A stretch of DNA of 64,000 nucleotides from Gnetum montanum (Eukaryota > Plantae > Gnetophyta), in contig MNCI01002986.1 in assembly GCA_015680685.1 (NCBI GenBank), positions 6,730 through 70,729 on the forward strand, written 5' to 3'. The translations under genes and the position numbers were made by a program. The notes under the pieces were generated by a model. That model was not told where the DNA came from, did no database searches, and saw only the letters and a program-made list of their open reading frames with translations. Within the stretch, counting starts at the first letter, position 1. The number at the start of each line of letters is the position of its first letter. Below are positions 12,617 to 24,102 of the stretch, one piece after another.

Positions 12617-14673
12617 GCTACCTAATCACACATGACTTGAATCATCTATTGCATTTGCACTTTGCTTATTTTATCTTAATTTTTTGAACGGCCTTCATCT
12701 AGCAATCCTTGTTAAAATATCTCTTTTGGATATCTTCTTCTAACTCATCTTTACATTTAAAATGATATTTTGGATCATTCTTTTAGCAAAAAGGATCATC
12801 ATTAAGAGGCTCAATGCTCATTCTATGATGAGAGATCTTTGGAGGATCTATAGATGAAAAAATGCCTAAGCTTTTTCAAGTGGTTATGCCTAGGCTCAAA
12901 CCTAAGTTTTATGAGTTGAGATCACTTTCAAACCAATTGACATGTGATTACTCTCAAAATAATATTTAGAGTTAAAAGATCCTATACCCTATATAACATT
13001 ATGGACAAAATATTATTTAGTGTTAGCTTCCACACCCTCCAAATTATTATTTAGTGTTATACAAAAAATACTAAATGGACAAAATTTTATATTACTAGAA
13101 AAACTTTTATTATTTAAACTCAAATTTTCTTTAATAACAATTTTAGTTACCTATGATCAATGTTTGGCATGAAAATTTGTTTTATAAACCATGAACATTT
13201 GAATTCATAAAAAAAAATTATGAAGAAGCATTTAGTTTTTTTCTTTTTATAAAATATTACTAATTAGTAAAAGTGAAATGATACTACAACACCTCAAGTT
13301 TGATTAGAGGACATTTTAAAATACTTACAATTTGATTGTCTAATCTCCTTTAAGAAGTGAAATACTTCTTAGGAAGAATTTCTTCTAAAATGAAACTTTC
13401 CATATTCTTTTACTTTTATTTAATTATGTTGTACACAATTTCTTTGAGTTAATTGATGTAAACAAAATTTTTTTCATTTCAAAAATATCAAAGAAAAAAT
13501 TGCTTATCATTAGTGGAATTTGAAGTTCACATATGAGTGTGTATGACTTGTCCAAACGTATATTCCATTTTGTACGAGAAGAAAAGTATCCAAATACAAT
13601 TTTATTTTCAAAAAGCATATAATTTTTTTTAATGGGTACATATACATTTATATATTATACATAATATTAATATATTAAAGGTAACATCAACTAGGGTACT
13701 TCTAGGAGTTTACAGATATGATGATATTGTTACATTATTGCAAATAATTGGAAAGGTCATAGCATCACCCATTTATCTTGGAACATATTCTAAAAATTTC
13801 TATACTGGAAAATTGTTTTTGAAAATTCTAACCCTTAACATTATATAAAAAAGCTTCCTAAATAGTATTACCTTGTTTCCAAAGGAACTTGGAACAATGA
13901 CCATCCATTTATCCTTTGATTGGAGAAGGATCATGAAAGAATATATTAGATTAAAATCTCATTGAAGTTTACTTATTATTTTTTTATGTTTCATTTAAAA
14001 TATAAATTTTTTTAACATAGCAAAAGGAAAGTATTTAACCCAGATACGTTCTAAGAAATTTATCTTAAATGAGTTTTCAAGTAGTAAGATTTTTAACATA
14101 GTAACTCTATGGGTTTTTATAAAATTCTATATATTATAGAGGTAAATATTCTTAAAAGTTTCTAGCAACCCCCAAAAAGCTAAAGAAGGCATCTCCCATG
14201 CATGTGTTGTCATTAGGAGCAAAATGCCTAGTTGGCGATGTGCAAAGTAGCAACACCTAAGATCATAGACTATGATCACTCAAAACCCTAGCTGCAATCA
14301 TTGCATTAGAGAGGATTATGGGTTGTGCAAAAAATAAAGGGAAAGCAGGAGGAAGGTGATAGCCGAGCAACCCACAATAGGTGCTAAACACAAAGACTAA
14401 CATCAGAGGCACATCCAACTTTCAAGTCTTGTTTTATGTTTTGCTAGATACAACTAACATGTAGGTGCTCATCTCACAAAATGGGATACCATAACTCTTA
14501 TCATTCATCTCATGTATGCGAGTTGCTAACCTATGTACAAAGACAATTCCCCCAAGTGTTTCATTTGCTATCCACTTATTAGTACCTTGCATAATTAAAG
14601 ATTTATGGAATTATTAATGTAACATTAAAAACACAACAACATACTACTAGTTGTTAATGTAATATGCTAAACT

Positions 14674-15528
14674 AATGACTTGACATAAAGGGCATGTAAG
14701 CAATGAAATAGGTTGAAAGTCTAGTGCTTTCTTGACTATTTGAATGAAATAGAAGAGAGTAAAATTTCATGTGGAGGGGTGAAATCCTAACATATATGAA
14801 GGAATGCTGGCAACAAAGGTGGCTCTCTAGGTCTCTACTGAAGCTAGGGTGCAAAAGCATGGGAGCAAACAAGACCAAATATCTTGGTAGTCCATGTTAT
14901 AAGTGATGAGTGTGCACCTAATCAAGGGCCTAGCTAACACATGAAACACTTTGTGTGGGGAGTACGATTGCAAGACTATAACTCAAAGGAATTTATGAGG
15001 CTTGCACAAGCAATGGAGCATATGTTTAATTTGATACAATGCATAGAACCTTACCAACCCTTGTTGATATGGGTGACAAGTGTGCCTATCTTTAACGGGA
15101 TAGCGCAAAAAGAGTGACTATAGGTACTGCATGGTTGTCATTAGCTTGTGTTGTGATATGTTTGGTTAAGTTTTTTAGCAAGTGAAACCCTTGTCATTGT
15201 GTTTTATGGTGCACAAAGTGTTGGATTCATGTCCAGTGATCAAGTTACTAAAGTGTCAATCCTAGCAGATAAGTATTGTCTACAACATTTGAGTCAGTAG
15301 TGTTGCTCATGCTACTAATGCTAGCTGGGCAGTGAGATTCCAGTGATGTTTCTCTAGTCTCCTACATGGCAGGGGTGAGTTGCACTCACAAGAGACTATC
15401 AATGAGATGCTAGAGGAAGGGGCTAGGCCACACATGCAACAATGGCAAGGATGATGGGAAGTAATGTCATGAGGCTGAACAAATCCAACAAAAACATTTG
15501 CCTCACTTTAGATTGTTCTCTACAACTC
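14674..15528 (+). pseudogene. rrn18: Nuclear insertion (NUMT) of plant mitochondrial 18S rRNA, partial and decayed
   Basis: Ordered SSU motifs with C>T/G>A decay: GGGGTGAAATCC, GCATGGGAGCAAACAAG, GGTAGTCCATG, GGGGAGTACG..AACTCAAAGGAATT, GCACAAGCAATGGAGCAT, GAACCTTACCA, CTGCATGGTTGTC, GCACTCACAAGAGACT, GATTGTTCTCTACAACTC. The GAAACAC, GATACAA, GTTTGGT and TTGTTCTC variants plus a long V7-region insert fit plant mitochondrial rather than plastid 16S. Confidence 0.88.
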
Positions 15529-17518
15529 TTGAAAACAAAAAGATAAGAGTGACTTATGGTTTGTTAGCTCCATAGAAAGTAGCCTAGCTTATCTTAAAGT
15601 ATTATACACATAAATGTCTAGTTACTTAGCTATCATCAATACACCGATCCCTTTCTCCTCCTCAAACTAGCATCAAACTCGAGCAATGCATGCCTTCCCC
15701 GTCAATAATTCATTCTGTCCATCCCATATTTCCCACATTACCCGCTGTAGTGTTTTGTTTACTGGACAATGGTCTGTAAACCATTTACGAGATAAAGTCA
15801 TTTTAACTATACTTTCTAAGAACAATTATGTTCATTGCTTTATTAAACCTTTCATTTTGAAAACTCTAACCATGATGAAATTTAAATTTTTTCGAAATCA
15901 CTTGCTCAAGCTCCAGTGTAACAATGATTCAGGATTTCTACGAAAAGTAAAATATTTTCCTGTTTTAGTGTTTAGATAAAAATAATAAAATTCTTTATCA
16001 TCAATTCATGTGTATTTTCTATTCCACTATCTCAAATCGATGGATTAGCTTTTCCACTCCAATAATATCGAAGAGAAAAACAAATACTAACACGTTGAAA
16101 AACTGTTAAACAGAGACCTGCAAAGTTGCACTGTTCAGCTAGATCCTCTCACTTCAAAAGCAACTTGGAATCTTTTGGTATAAATTGAAGGTTGAAAGAG
16201 GGTTTTTACTCTCTCCCCTTTCTTCTTTTCCATATTTTTGCGCATTATTCTTTCATTTCATCTGTAATCTTGCGGATGGCAAGATTAATTTCTCCACCAT
16301 AATGTTGCTTTCTAATTGGATTGTGACCATAGAAATTTTTGCCAGAATGATAATTTTTTAAAATAACAATAACTTGAAAATAAACTCAGTTATTGCTGTT
16401 ATTCAAGGATTTAGGATAGAAAAGGAGAACTAGAACGCTATGCCCCCAAGAAACTCCAGTAATAACTAATAACCCATGGCTTGGATTAAAAACATACATT
16501 TTGTTTAGTAAAAAATTAACTGCACATACTTCTTCTTTTTCCATAATCATTTGTTCATTATCCTGTATAAATGTTTAAAAAAAAAAACCCACCAAGAAGT
16601 CAACACCTCTCAAATATTCATGGCCGGTGCCAAAAATTTTTCCAACCTACCTCGAAAATACGAGTACGCAAAGGATATTGAATAAATAGGACTACATATA
16701 ATGCAGCTGAAACTCACTATACTGTTATGCTGTCATACAGTAAATAGCATGATATCTGATTACATATGCTCATCGGGCAGAACTGAAAACTATCTCCCAA
16801 TGATGAGAATCAAAAATACACGACAAGAAAATTGAAGCTACCCGCTACCCATAACTGTCTTCACCCTCCCAAATAAATCTGTAAATTTAAACTCTAAGCC
16901 TTGCCATGGTTTCAGATCTGTCACACGATCAACGGATCTGCATAGTTTTCTGTCCTGTGAGAAAACAGGAGAGGAGCACCAGCTGGATCACCAAAAGTAG
17001 TGCCTAAGAGAGCCGATTCTGAGGTTTTAATGCAAGAAGAAAGGGACAGATTCAGGGAGAGGGGATTTTGGGGATTCTCATATTCAACTGACATAAATCT
17101 CTCCGTGGAGATTCAAAGAGAGGGAGAATATGTTGGGAAGGCTACCAAAAATCCAGCCAGTAGAGCAGAAATTGAACATCAGCAGGAAAATCAAAAAAAG
17201 GGGAGGGAAACCAAACTAAAATTCATAAAATGAGTTAAGTCCTAGGGGGCCCCCAAGGGCTGAATCCACAGGCCGACTCAAAAACTGCAACCTGTGATTC
17301 AAGGATTCAAGAAATCCTAAAAGTTGAATCCCAATGAAAAGATGAAAAGACCACCATGAAGTGAAGGAAAGGGAACCCCAGATTCTACCTTGGTAATCCA
17401 GCAACAGGCACCGTTTTCCTGTACATCAAACAAGCAGACAAAACTTCCAACAGAGCCCATCATATCTATGTGACACAGACCTGAAGATCCTCCTGGCTTG
17501 AAAAATATAGCCATCCAC

Positions 17519-18793
17519 CTACTTACCTACAGAGCCTCCTCCAGACATGAACTTGAAGGAGGAAGAAGGAGCTGAAATTGGATCAGTTTCATCCTCTGGT
17601 GCTTGAGATGACGGAGTCTGTTGCGTCACCAGAGATGAATAGTCCCTGAATGATGCCTCAAATGGAACATGGGAAGACAACATATCCCATGCCACACCTG
17701 TGTCCAGAGCAGGAACAGTGTTGTTGAGAAAGTAGTTGTCATCCAAACCACTCCACAAAAAACCAGGACTTGCAGGCCATGTATGGAAAGAAGGATCAGC
17801 CACCAAATCAGCCTTAGCCTCAGATTCCCCTGCTGTGTCTGGCTCACCGACCATTGTCATGGGCTCTGGTTTTGGGTGAACCAGAACAGAACCAGAGGAA
17901 GCAGCAGGGCTATCTGGCTTTGGCTTCTCCACCTCCATTGCCTGAGCAGTGAGAGTGCTTGCAGAAGTGGTACTGCTGCTTGTAGAATCCTCTTTCCCCT
18001 TGTCTGCTTCTTTATGGCCACTATCCTCCTGCTGTGCAGCAGGATTTTGCTTCTCCTGCTTCTTGCCAAGAAAAAGATCAGGAAAATTAAGCCTGGCATT
18101 TTCACCTCTGAGTTTGTAGGCCTCCTGGTCATAAGCCATGGCTGCCTCCTCTGCTGTATCAAAAGTGCCAAGCCAGAGCCTGGTTCTGTTCTTGGGCAGC
18201 CTTATCTCTGCTACCCACTTGCCCCAGTGCCTCTGCCTGACCCCTCGGTACAGCTTTGTGGGTCTAGCAAATCCATAGCTTCTGTGTTGGTGCTTTGAAT
18301 TCTTCATGAGTTGCCCTCTGGGGCTCAGATTCAAAGCATCGCTCCAGTGCCTCAGCTGCTGCTGATGTTGCAAGGAGCTCTGCAGATACAGAGGATACTG
18401 AAGTTGCGGAATCTGCTGAGCTCCATAAGCAGAAGTAGCAGCTGTGTATCTCTGGTGTGAATATGGAGCCATTGCTTCCTGGCTGTACTGCAGCTGCTGG
18501 TGCTCACTATGGTGATGGACTTGATGAGGAGAATGATTCCAGCCTGCAAAAGCCACACCATATTGCATAGGAAGGTTGTAATTGTAATTTTGATTGTTAG
18601 TCTGCTCTGCCTGAGAAACAAATGAAATCAGGCGGGAAGAAGAAGAAGAAGAAGCGGCAGGAGGAAATGAATTTGCAGAGAATTGAGGCCTGTTCTGCTG
18701 AAATTCCAGAGCCCTTGTGCCCGCTGCACGGCTAATTTCGGGCTGGCTCGAACAGGAGGCCCCGCCGGAGCTTGAAAACCTCTGCGAATCCAT
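17519..18793 (-). CDS. ERF053: AP2/ERF transcription factor, DREB A-6 / ERF group I, ERF053/ERF054-like (424 aa from first ATG)
   Basis: AP2 domain [59 protein letters not shown] (V14/L19). Upstream [18 protein letters not shown] motif typical of ERF053/054-type proteins. The ORF track starts at a GTG (18853); the first ATG is 18793. Symbol indicates closest family, not proven orthology. Confidence 0.93.
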   Translation of the reverse strand: MDSQRFSSSGGASCSSQPEISRAAGTRALEFQQNRPQFSANSFPPAASSSSSSRLISFVSQAEQTNNQNYNYNLPMQYGVAFAGWNHSPHQVHHHSEHQQLQYSQEAMAPYSHQRYTAATSAYGAQQIPQLQYPLYLQSSLQHQQQLRHWSDALNLSPRGQLMKNSKHQHRSYGFARPTKLYRGVRQRHWGKWVAEIRLPKNRTRLWLGTFDTAEEAAMAYDQEAYKLRGENARLNFPDLFLGKKQEKQNPAAQQEDSGHKEADKGKEDSTSSSTTSASTLTAQAMEVEKPKPDSPAASSGSVLVHPKPEPMTMVGEPDTAGESEAKADLVADPSFHTWPASPGFLWSGLDDNYFLNNTVPALDTGVAWDMLSSHVPFEASFRDYSSLVTQQTPSSQAPEDETDPISAPSSSFKFMSGGGSVGK

Positions 18794-19828
18794 GGATTCT
18801 GAAGAAAACCAAACACAAATCTTTGGTATACTAAAAAAAACTTGAGAATTCACCTCAGCTCAGCTCTACCAGCTGCCCGCTCTCACAACACAGGTGAACA
18901 AGGGCAGGAGGAATAGGACTCGCACTGGGATCACAAAACAGAAATTACCCACAGAATCCCCAAAACAAAAAAAAAACAAAAAGGATTGGTTCTGGGATCT
19001 TTTATTAGATTACCCACAGATTACCCACAAAAACCCACAGCAAAAATAAAAAACACTAGCTAACCAGGCAAACAGAGGCCAAAAAAACTACTCTGGGCCT
19101 TTTGCTGAAACAATACAGGGAAAAAACAGGGAGTGCGGTTTGGCTAACAGGGGTAGAAGAATCTGCAGATTTTTAGCTCTCCTGTGGGCAAAAAAATGGC
19201 CTTGACAGAGAGAACACAGAAAAGGAAGCCATTAAAGTTGCAGGTGGTGTGACAGGAAACTAAAAACAGGTCCTGGAATGTGACAAACCAGAGGAAGGAT
19301 CATGGTGGGAGAAGAAGATTTTGTGAGTGAGAGCGGGCAGAAGAAGAATCCAGCAGCTTAGATGTGCCAAACCAAGGCGGTTGCAGAAAATATATGCTTC
19401 TTCTTTCTCTTCTTGTAATGTGAGCAGAAAGAATTGGAAGTGTGTGGAGATATGTGATGAATATGGGATTTTTGCAGGTATGCTATGGGCAAGGAGCCCT
19501 GCAATTTATACAAAGATTTTGCAACTGTGCTGTTGTGGGATTGTGGGGGCATGTCTATTATCATGGCCTGCCCATCCATGATCTATCCATTGCCTGCCCT
19601 CCACCTCTGCTGTGCTGTGGCCCCATCTGCATCTTCAAATTCTTCAAATTCTGCTGCTGCTTCTTTTTTTTTTCCCCCAGCTTTTCTTTTTTACTTCTTC
19701 CGTGTTGTGATTTCTGGCCATTCCTGCACGCCTACCCCCAGACTGTGACCCACCACCGTCCCCTGTGTGACCTTAACTCTGGTTCAATTCCATTCGGAAC
19801 ATCATCGGATGAATAATAAATATTTAGA

Positions 19829-19912
19829 GAAGTTTCCTGGTTACCGCGAATTCCCTCCTGATATTTGAAGGAAGCTTCCTGGTTACTGTGACTTCCCTCT
19901 CTCTGGTATTTA
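19829..19912. repeat. Two ~42-bp tandem units upstream of the ERF gene, each with a GAAnnTTC heat-shock-element core
   Basis: GAAGTTTCCTGGTTACCGCGAATTCCCTC..TATTT and GAAGCTTCCTGGTTACTGTGACTTCCCTC..TATTT. Confidence 0.6.
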
Positions 19913-20899
19913 AAAAAATTTATCAGTGGTGTAAGGGCTACTTTTTCTTGTTGCTGGGCAGAGCATTTTTGTTTGACAACATTTGTTTTGTTCTCCCTGG
20001 TTTTGCTGTTTTGGAGATAAGTTTGTGCTGCCAAACGCATGATTTTTAAGTCAGTGCATGCATATATGCTTTGTTGGGAATTGATGGTGTCTGCGTTCAA
20101 GCCTGCCTCTCTTTTTTCTCAGCTTTTAATATGGTCTTCTGTGCATTTGAGCATTTTATGTCATTATGGGCTTCAGCTTTCTGCGAACATTTCGCTGATT
20201 GTAGTAAGCTAATATGCCAGATGTTAGACTCTGAGGATATGAGGCAAGTAATGCTCCAGTGTGAACATGGTGGTGCTTCCTGTCGGCTTCAAACTTTCCC
20301 ATAACGTGCCTAGGATATATGAGCATTTTCCAAATGAAGCTATGAGAGTTAATACCTTGAAGATTGCAAGATGTTGAGAGGTTTAAAGCTTATGCCATGC
20401 ATTACCGTATTAGTCAACACCTACCATATTCACACAAGTTTGTTGTTTCGAAGCAAGGTGGTACCTTGTTAAAATATAAAGGTTCCAAATTACAATTTGT
20501 TTGTTGTTCTTGGGTAGGCTAATGTGGCAGGAAGCAGATGAGCCCTTCTGACTTTTGCAAGTTGGTCAATTGGATTGACTTTTTGATTATGGATTTGGAT
20601 CCCTCAGAGCATCCATCAAGAAAATACTGGTCGGCAACTCTTTCTAGGCCATGGGTTTGCTGAGAACAGTTATGGAAAACTGAATTTGAAATGCCTGCGT
20701 CTTAGGGAGATTAATGTACAATTACCAAGGAATTAAGATTCATAGTTTCCTTTCAGACTTAATTATCTTACATTTGATCTTGAATGGGGTACCTTTGCGT
20801 TTGAAGGTGAAATACCCTAGGATCAAAATTTTAGATCCGAAACTCCAGTATTTTCAATTGGTTAGTACCAAATCTTTTGTTGTTTGACAACTCTATGGG

Positions 20900-21128
20900 T
20901 TAGATGTAAAAGAAAAACATGATTATGGATTTGTAAATACCATGGAAGTTTTAAAAAAATTTATATGATAAAAATTCGGGCTTGAATGATGTTACATGGC
21001 TTAGAAATTCGGGCTTGAATGATGTTACATGGCTTAGATGTAAAAGAAAAACATGATTATGAATTTGTAAATACCATGGAAGTTAAAAAAAAATTATATG
21101 ATAAAAATTCGAGCTTGAATGATGTTAC
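20900..21128. repeat. Recent tandem duplication (~100-bp unit x2) with a nested 33-bp duplication
   Basis: TTAGATGTAAAAGAAAAACATGATTATG... at 20900 and 21034. AAATTCGGGCTTGAATGATGTTACATGGCTTAG twice back to back (20972-21037). Confidence 0.9.
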
Positions 21129-22516
21129 TTAAAAAAGAGGCTTTTGGGAGGTGTTGGAACCTGACATCATTGTACAAGTTCATCCTAACATATATAGTCT
21201 AATTAAAACATTATAGCTCAACCTTACCCACCAAAATCCAAAAATATTAAAGCTTTGGCGGATTGCCTAAAAAAGTAAATGGTTACCTACCTGTTTGACT
21301 CCACCAAACATAGATTTACAGCATTTAAATTACTTGCATCATTTTCAAAGGTGGAAGCAAAAATACTTTCACCAAAACCCATGGTTGCTTGCGTATTGCC
21401 AGTGTGAGGCGATGCAGAAAGCTGCCGATCAAACTCGTCCCATTGACTTGGTCGCATTAGAGTTTTAATCTAATACAACTTATCTTTAGAAAACCAAACA
21501 AAAATCTCATTAAAAAACCAAACAAAAATCTCAGGGGAGACATCTGTTGTTTTTCGCGTTTAAACTAATTAATAGGATTAGCTTTCAAATGGCTCTACAG
21601 TAAGCATGCATTAACAAAACCTTAAAAAAACAAAACAGACTGCTCACCCTCATCAGTGTTTCTTTTCAACCATATTAAAAAAACAAAATCATGGAGAAAG
21701 TCCAACTAGAAATGAACAGGCTTATGTCGTAAACAATGCACGTTTCCTGCCAGATTCCTCATCTACGTAACCCATGTCTGTTATTACGTCCCTGAGACAT
21801 ACAACATCACTCTTTACTTGGTTTTGAAGTCAGATATTCTGGTTTTTATGGGTTTGCTGATCCTTGCTTACAACATTCAATCAAGTATCCTGGCGGAAAA
21901 GACAAGCCCAAGTGACCTAATAAACAACTGAAGCCATTACTGGCCAGAGAAAAAAATCCTAAACTGAATTACAGTATAAAATAGTAAATTCTTCATTATT
22001 ATCATCTTAGCTTTATCTCAAGGAGCAGTGTAGCAGTGTAAAACAGTAAACTAAATTTACAAAAACCCAAAATGGCAAACTATTCAGGAAACGGGAAGCA
22101 AGAGCAAATAAACAGCTCTCAAAATTCAAACTGATGGGACAAGTCGATTGCGAAATGTACTGTGGAAAACCTTAAAAATCTATACCAGTTAAACAAATCC
22201 GCCCAAATAAAGAATTCAAGTGAACTTCATATCAATCACCGAAGAAATTTTTACTGACATGGCATACAGGAACGGAGATGATAACAATGATTAGAGTGGG
22301 CTAACACAGATTTTGCTGAGCTGCGATTCCAAAGAATCCAAGGACAGCATGCTGCTGGAGTCAGTCTTTCGTACCAAAATAGCTGTGCTGGTTGGCTGAA
22401 GAAATTCCCAGGTCAACAAAAAACTTTTGAAAATCAAATACAATAAACAACAAGCAGGGTCCCTCCTGGGAGCCAAAGTCCACAAGGCAATCCAGTGGCA
22501 TTGATTTCTGCCACTA

Positions 22517-22915
22517 CTCGTGCACGAGCCAACCCAAAATCATAGGAGAATCCATGCCACAGGCCGGGCCCCACTTGAGTATTGCAGGCTTGCAGTAGCT
22601 TTTAAGCAAAATCTGCCGGTAACTTTTGGATTGACTGTTCTGGAATTTCTGAAATTCTGGTAACGTGGCTGCTACAGAAGAAGTTCCCGTGTCAGTTTCA
22701 GTTATGGGGTAGAGGACTGGCAACTTTTGAGCACATTTTGAGACGTGGTCTCTAAGGTTGGAAGGAAGTTTCTCTTCTTTGTTTTCCCCGAACACCCACA
22801 AATGCCAGAATGTGAATTGGTAAAAGGAAGAATCTTAACAAGGGTTAAATGTGGTACCTGATCTTTGTCAAGGCTCAGTCTGAAGATAGAGAAATTTTTG
22901 GTTTTTTGTGTCGGT
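22517..22915. promoter_or_regulatory. Candidate cis-regulatory cluster ~3.8 kb upstream of the ERF ATG
   Basis: 12-bp palindrome CTCGTGCACGAG (22517), TCP-type GGGCCCCAC (22566), ABRE ACGTGGC (22663), DRE core GTCGGT (22910) in CpG-retaining DNA. Confidence 0.45.
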
Positions 22916-23239
22916 GAGGCACACTAAACATGTTCAGCATTTTTGCACATATCAAGTTTTGATTGGAATCTAGAAAGCATTTGCTTTGGGTACAGTACTA
23001 GCATTGTTGGAACATTATAGATCTCATATTCCCATGTTGTGGCGCTTTGCAATTACAACTGCTCATTGCTAGATGTCCGTTAGTCATGCTCCCTTAAGGT
23101 GTTAGGTGGGGCATGGTCCCTTGGACGGAATATTAGTTTGATTCATTTTTGTTTGTTTGTTTGGTGAAAGACCTTTGTGCATTCTCACATTCTGACACCT
23201 CACAAGGACAGTGATGTGTGGCTCATTAGAGTTATGCAA

Positions 23240-23356
23240 TGTGTCTCCTTGATTTAGGACATCTTAAACTTAACCCTTGATGCTTCATCTATTTTAATGT
23301 GTCTCCTTAACTTAAGACATTTTAACCTTCATGCTTGATGCTTTATTTGTTTTGAT
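23240..23356. repeat. Diverged ~58-bp tandem duplication
   Basis: GTGTCTCCTT(G/A)A..(A/G)GACAT..TTAA..CTTGATGCTT..TTTT(A/G)AT twice. Confidence 0.7.
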
Positions 23357-24030
23357 ATTTTTAAATTAATTACATTAATTTTCACTTCTCAAATTAAGAT
23401 ACTAGATGGGATGTGAGGTTAATTCAGTATAAGTAAACCCGTCTGCAAAGTGGCTTCTCATTTTGCATATACTCATTTCATTTATTATATATTTTTAAAT
23501 TAATCATATTAAATATGATATTTAATTCTTAAGGTTTTATTCATTGTGCACAGTTATCTATTTTGGAATACTCGCTAAGAATTGAATTTATCATCTTTAT
23601 ATATTATCTTTAATTTCTATTGTTATCTTTAATTTCTATTGTTAATGATTAAATAGGTTACATCCATAGATATTTTTATATTTTTAAATAGTAAATAAAG
23701 GTTCATCATATTTGAATCAATTAGTCTACGTAATCTCATATCATATTTAATTTGATGTGGAATCAAAAATTTTCACTCTATAAACATCATTAATCATTAA
23801 ACCATTATACTTTACCTTGAATCATTAAATTATCTTGTATGTGATATTTTCATAAGATAATAGTGTTTTCGAGCTTATTTATGAAAGTGTTACCATCTTT
23901 AAAAGTTCAATTACTTTTTATGCTTTTATTATAAAGTTATTTTCAAACTATTCTATTAGTACTTTATAAACTATTAGATATGAAAATTCATTTAACATTT
24001 GAAACAATAAACTTTAATCATGAAGTTAAT

Positions 24031-24102
24031 GAGGCATAGTTCATCTAGTTAAAGCATGTGGCTTATGATATACACAGTGTAGGTTTGATCCTAAGGGATA
24101 TC
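24031..24102 (+). pseudogene. Decayed tRNA or tRNA-derived SINE head
   Basis: A-box-like TAGTTCATCTAGTTAAAGC (cf. TAGCTCAGTTGGTTAGAGC), loop CTTATGA, B-box-like GGTTTGATCC at canonical spacing. Most differences are C>T/G>A. Confidence 0.5.

Noticed and set aside
14674-15528. Functional rRNA gene or bacterial contamination
   Set aside because: Partial, universally conserved blocks are deleted or mutated, and it shows the same deamination pattern as surrounding nuclear DNA.
17669-18298. 209-aa plus-strand ORF and other ORFs overlapping the ERF CDS
   Set aside because: Antisense or alternate-frame shadows of a CAG/CTG-rich coding region, with no recognisable motifs.
18794-18853. 20-aa N-terminal extension of the ERF ORF
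   Set aside because: Starts at GTG and looks like intron or UTR (T-rich, ends in an acceptor).
19540-19605. miRNA-like hairpin (ATCATGG/CCATGAT core)
   Set aside because: Only 7 bp of contiguous stem, poor outer pairing, and no recognised mature miRNA.
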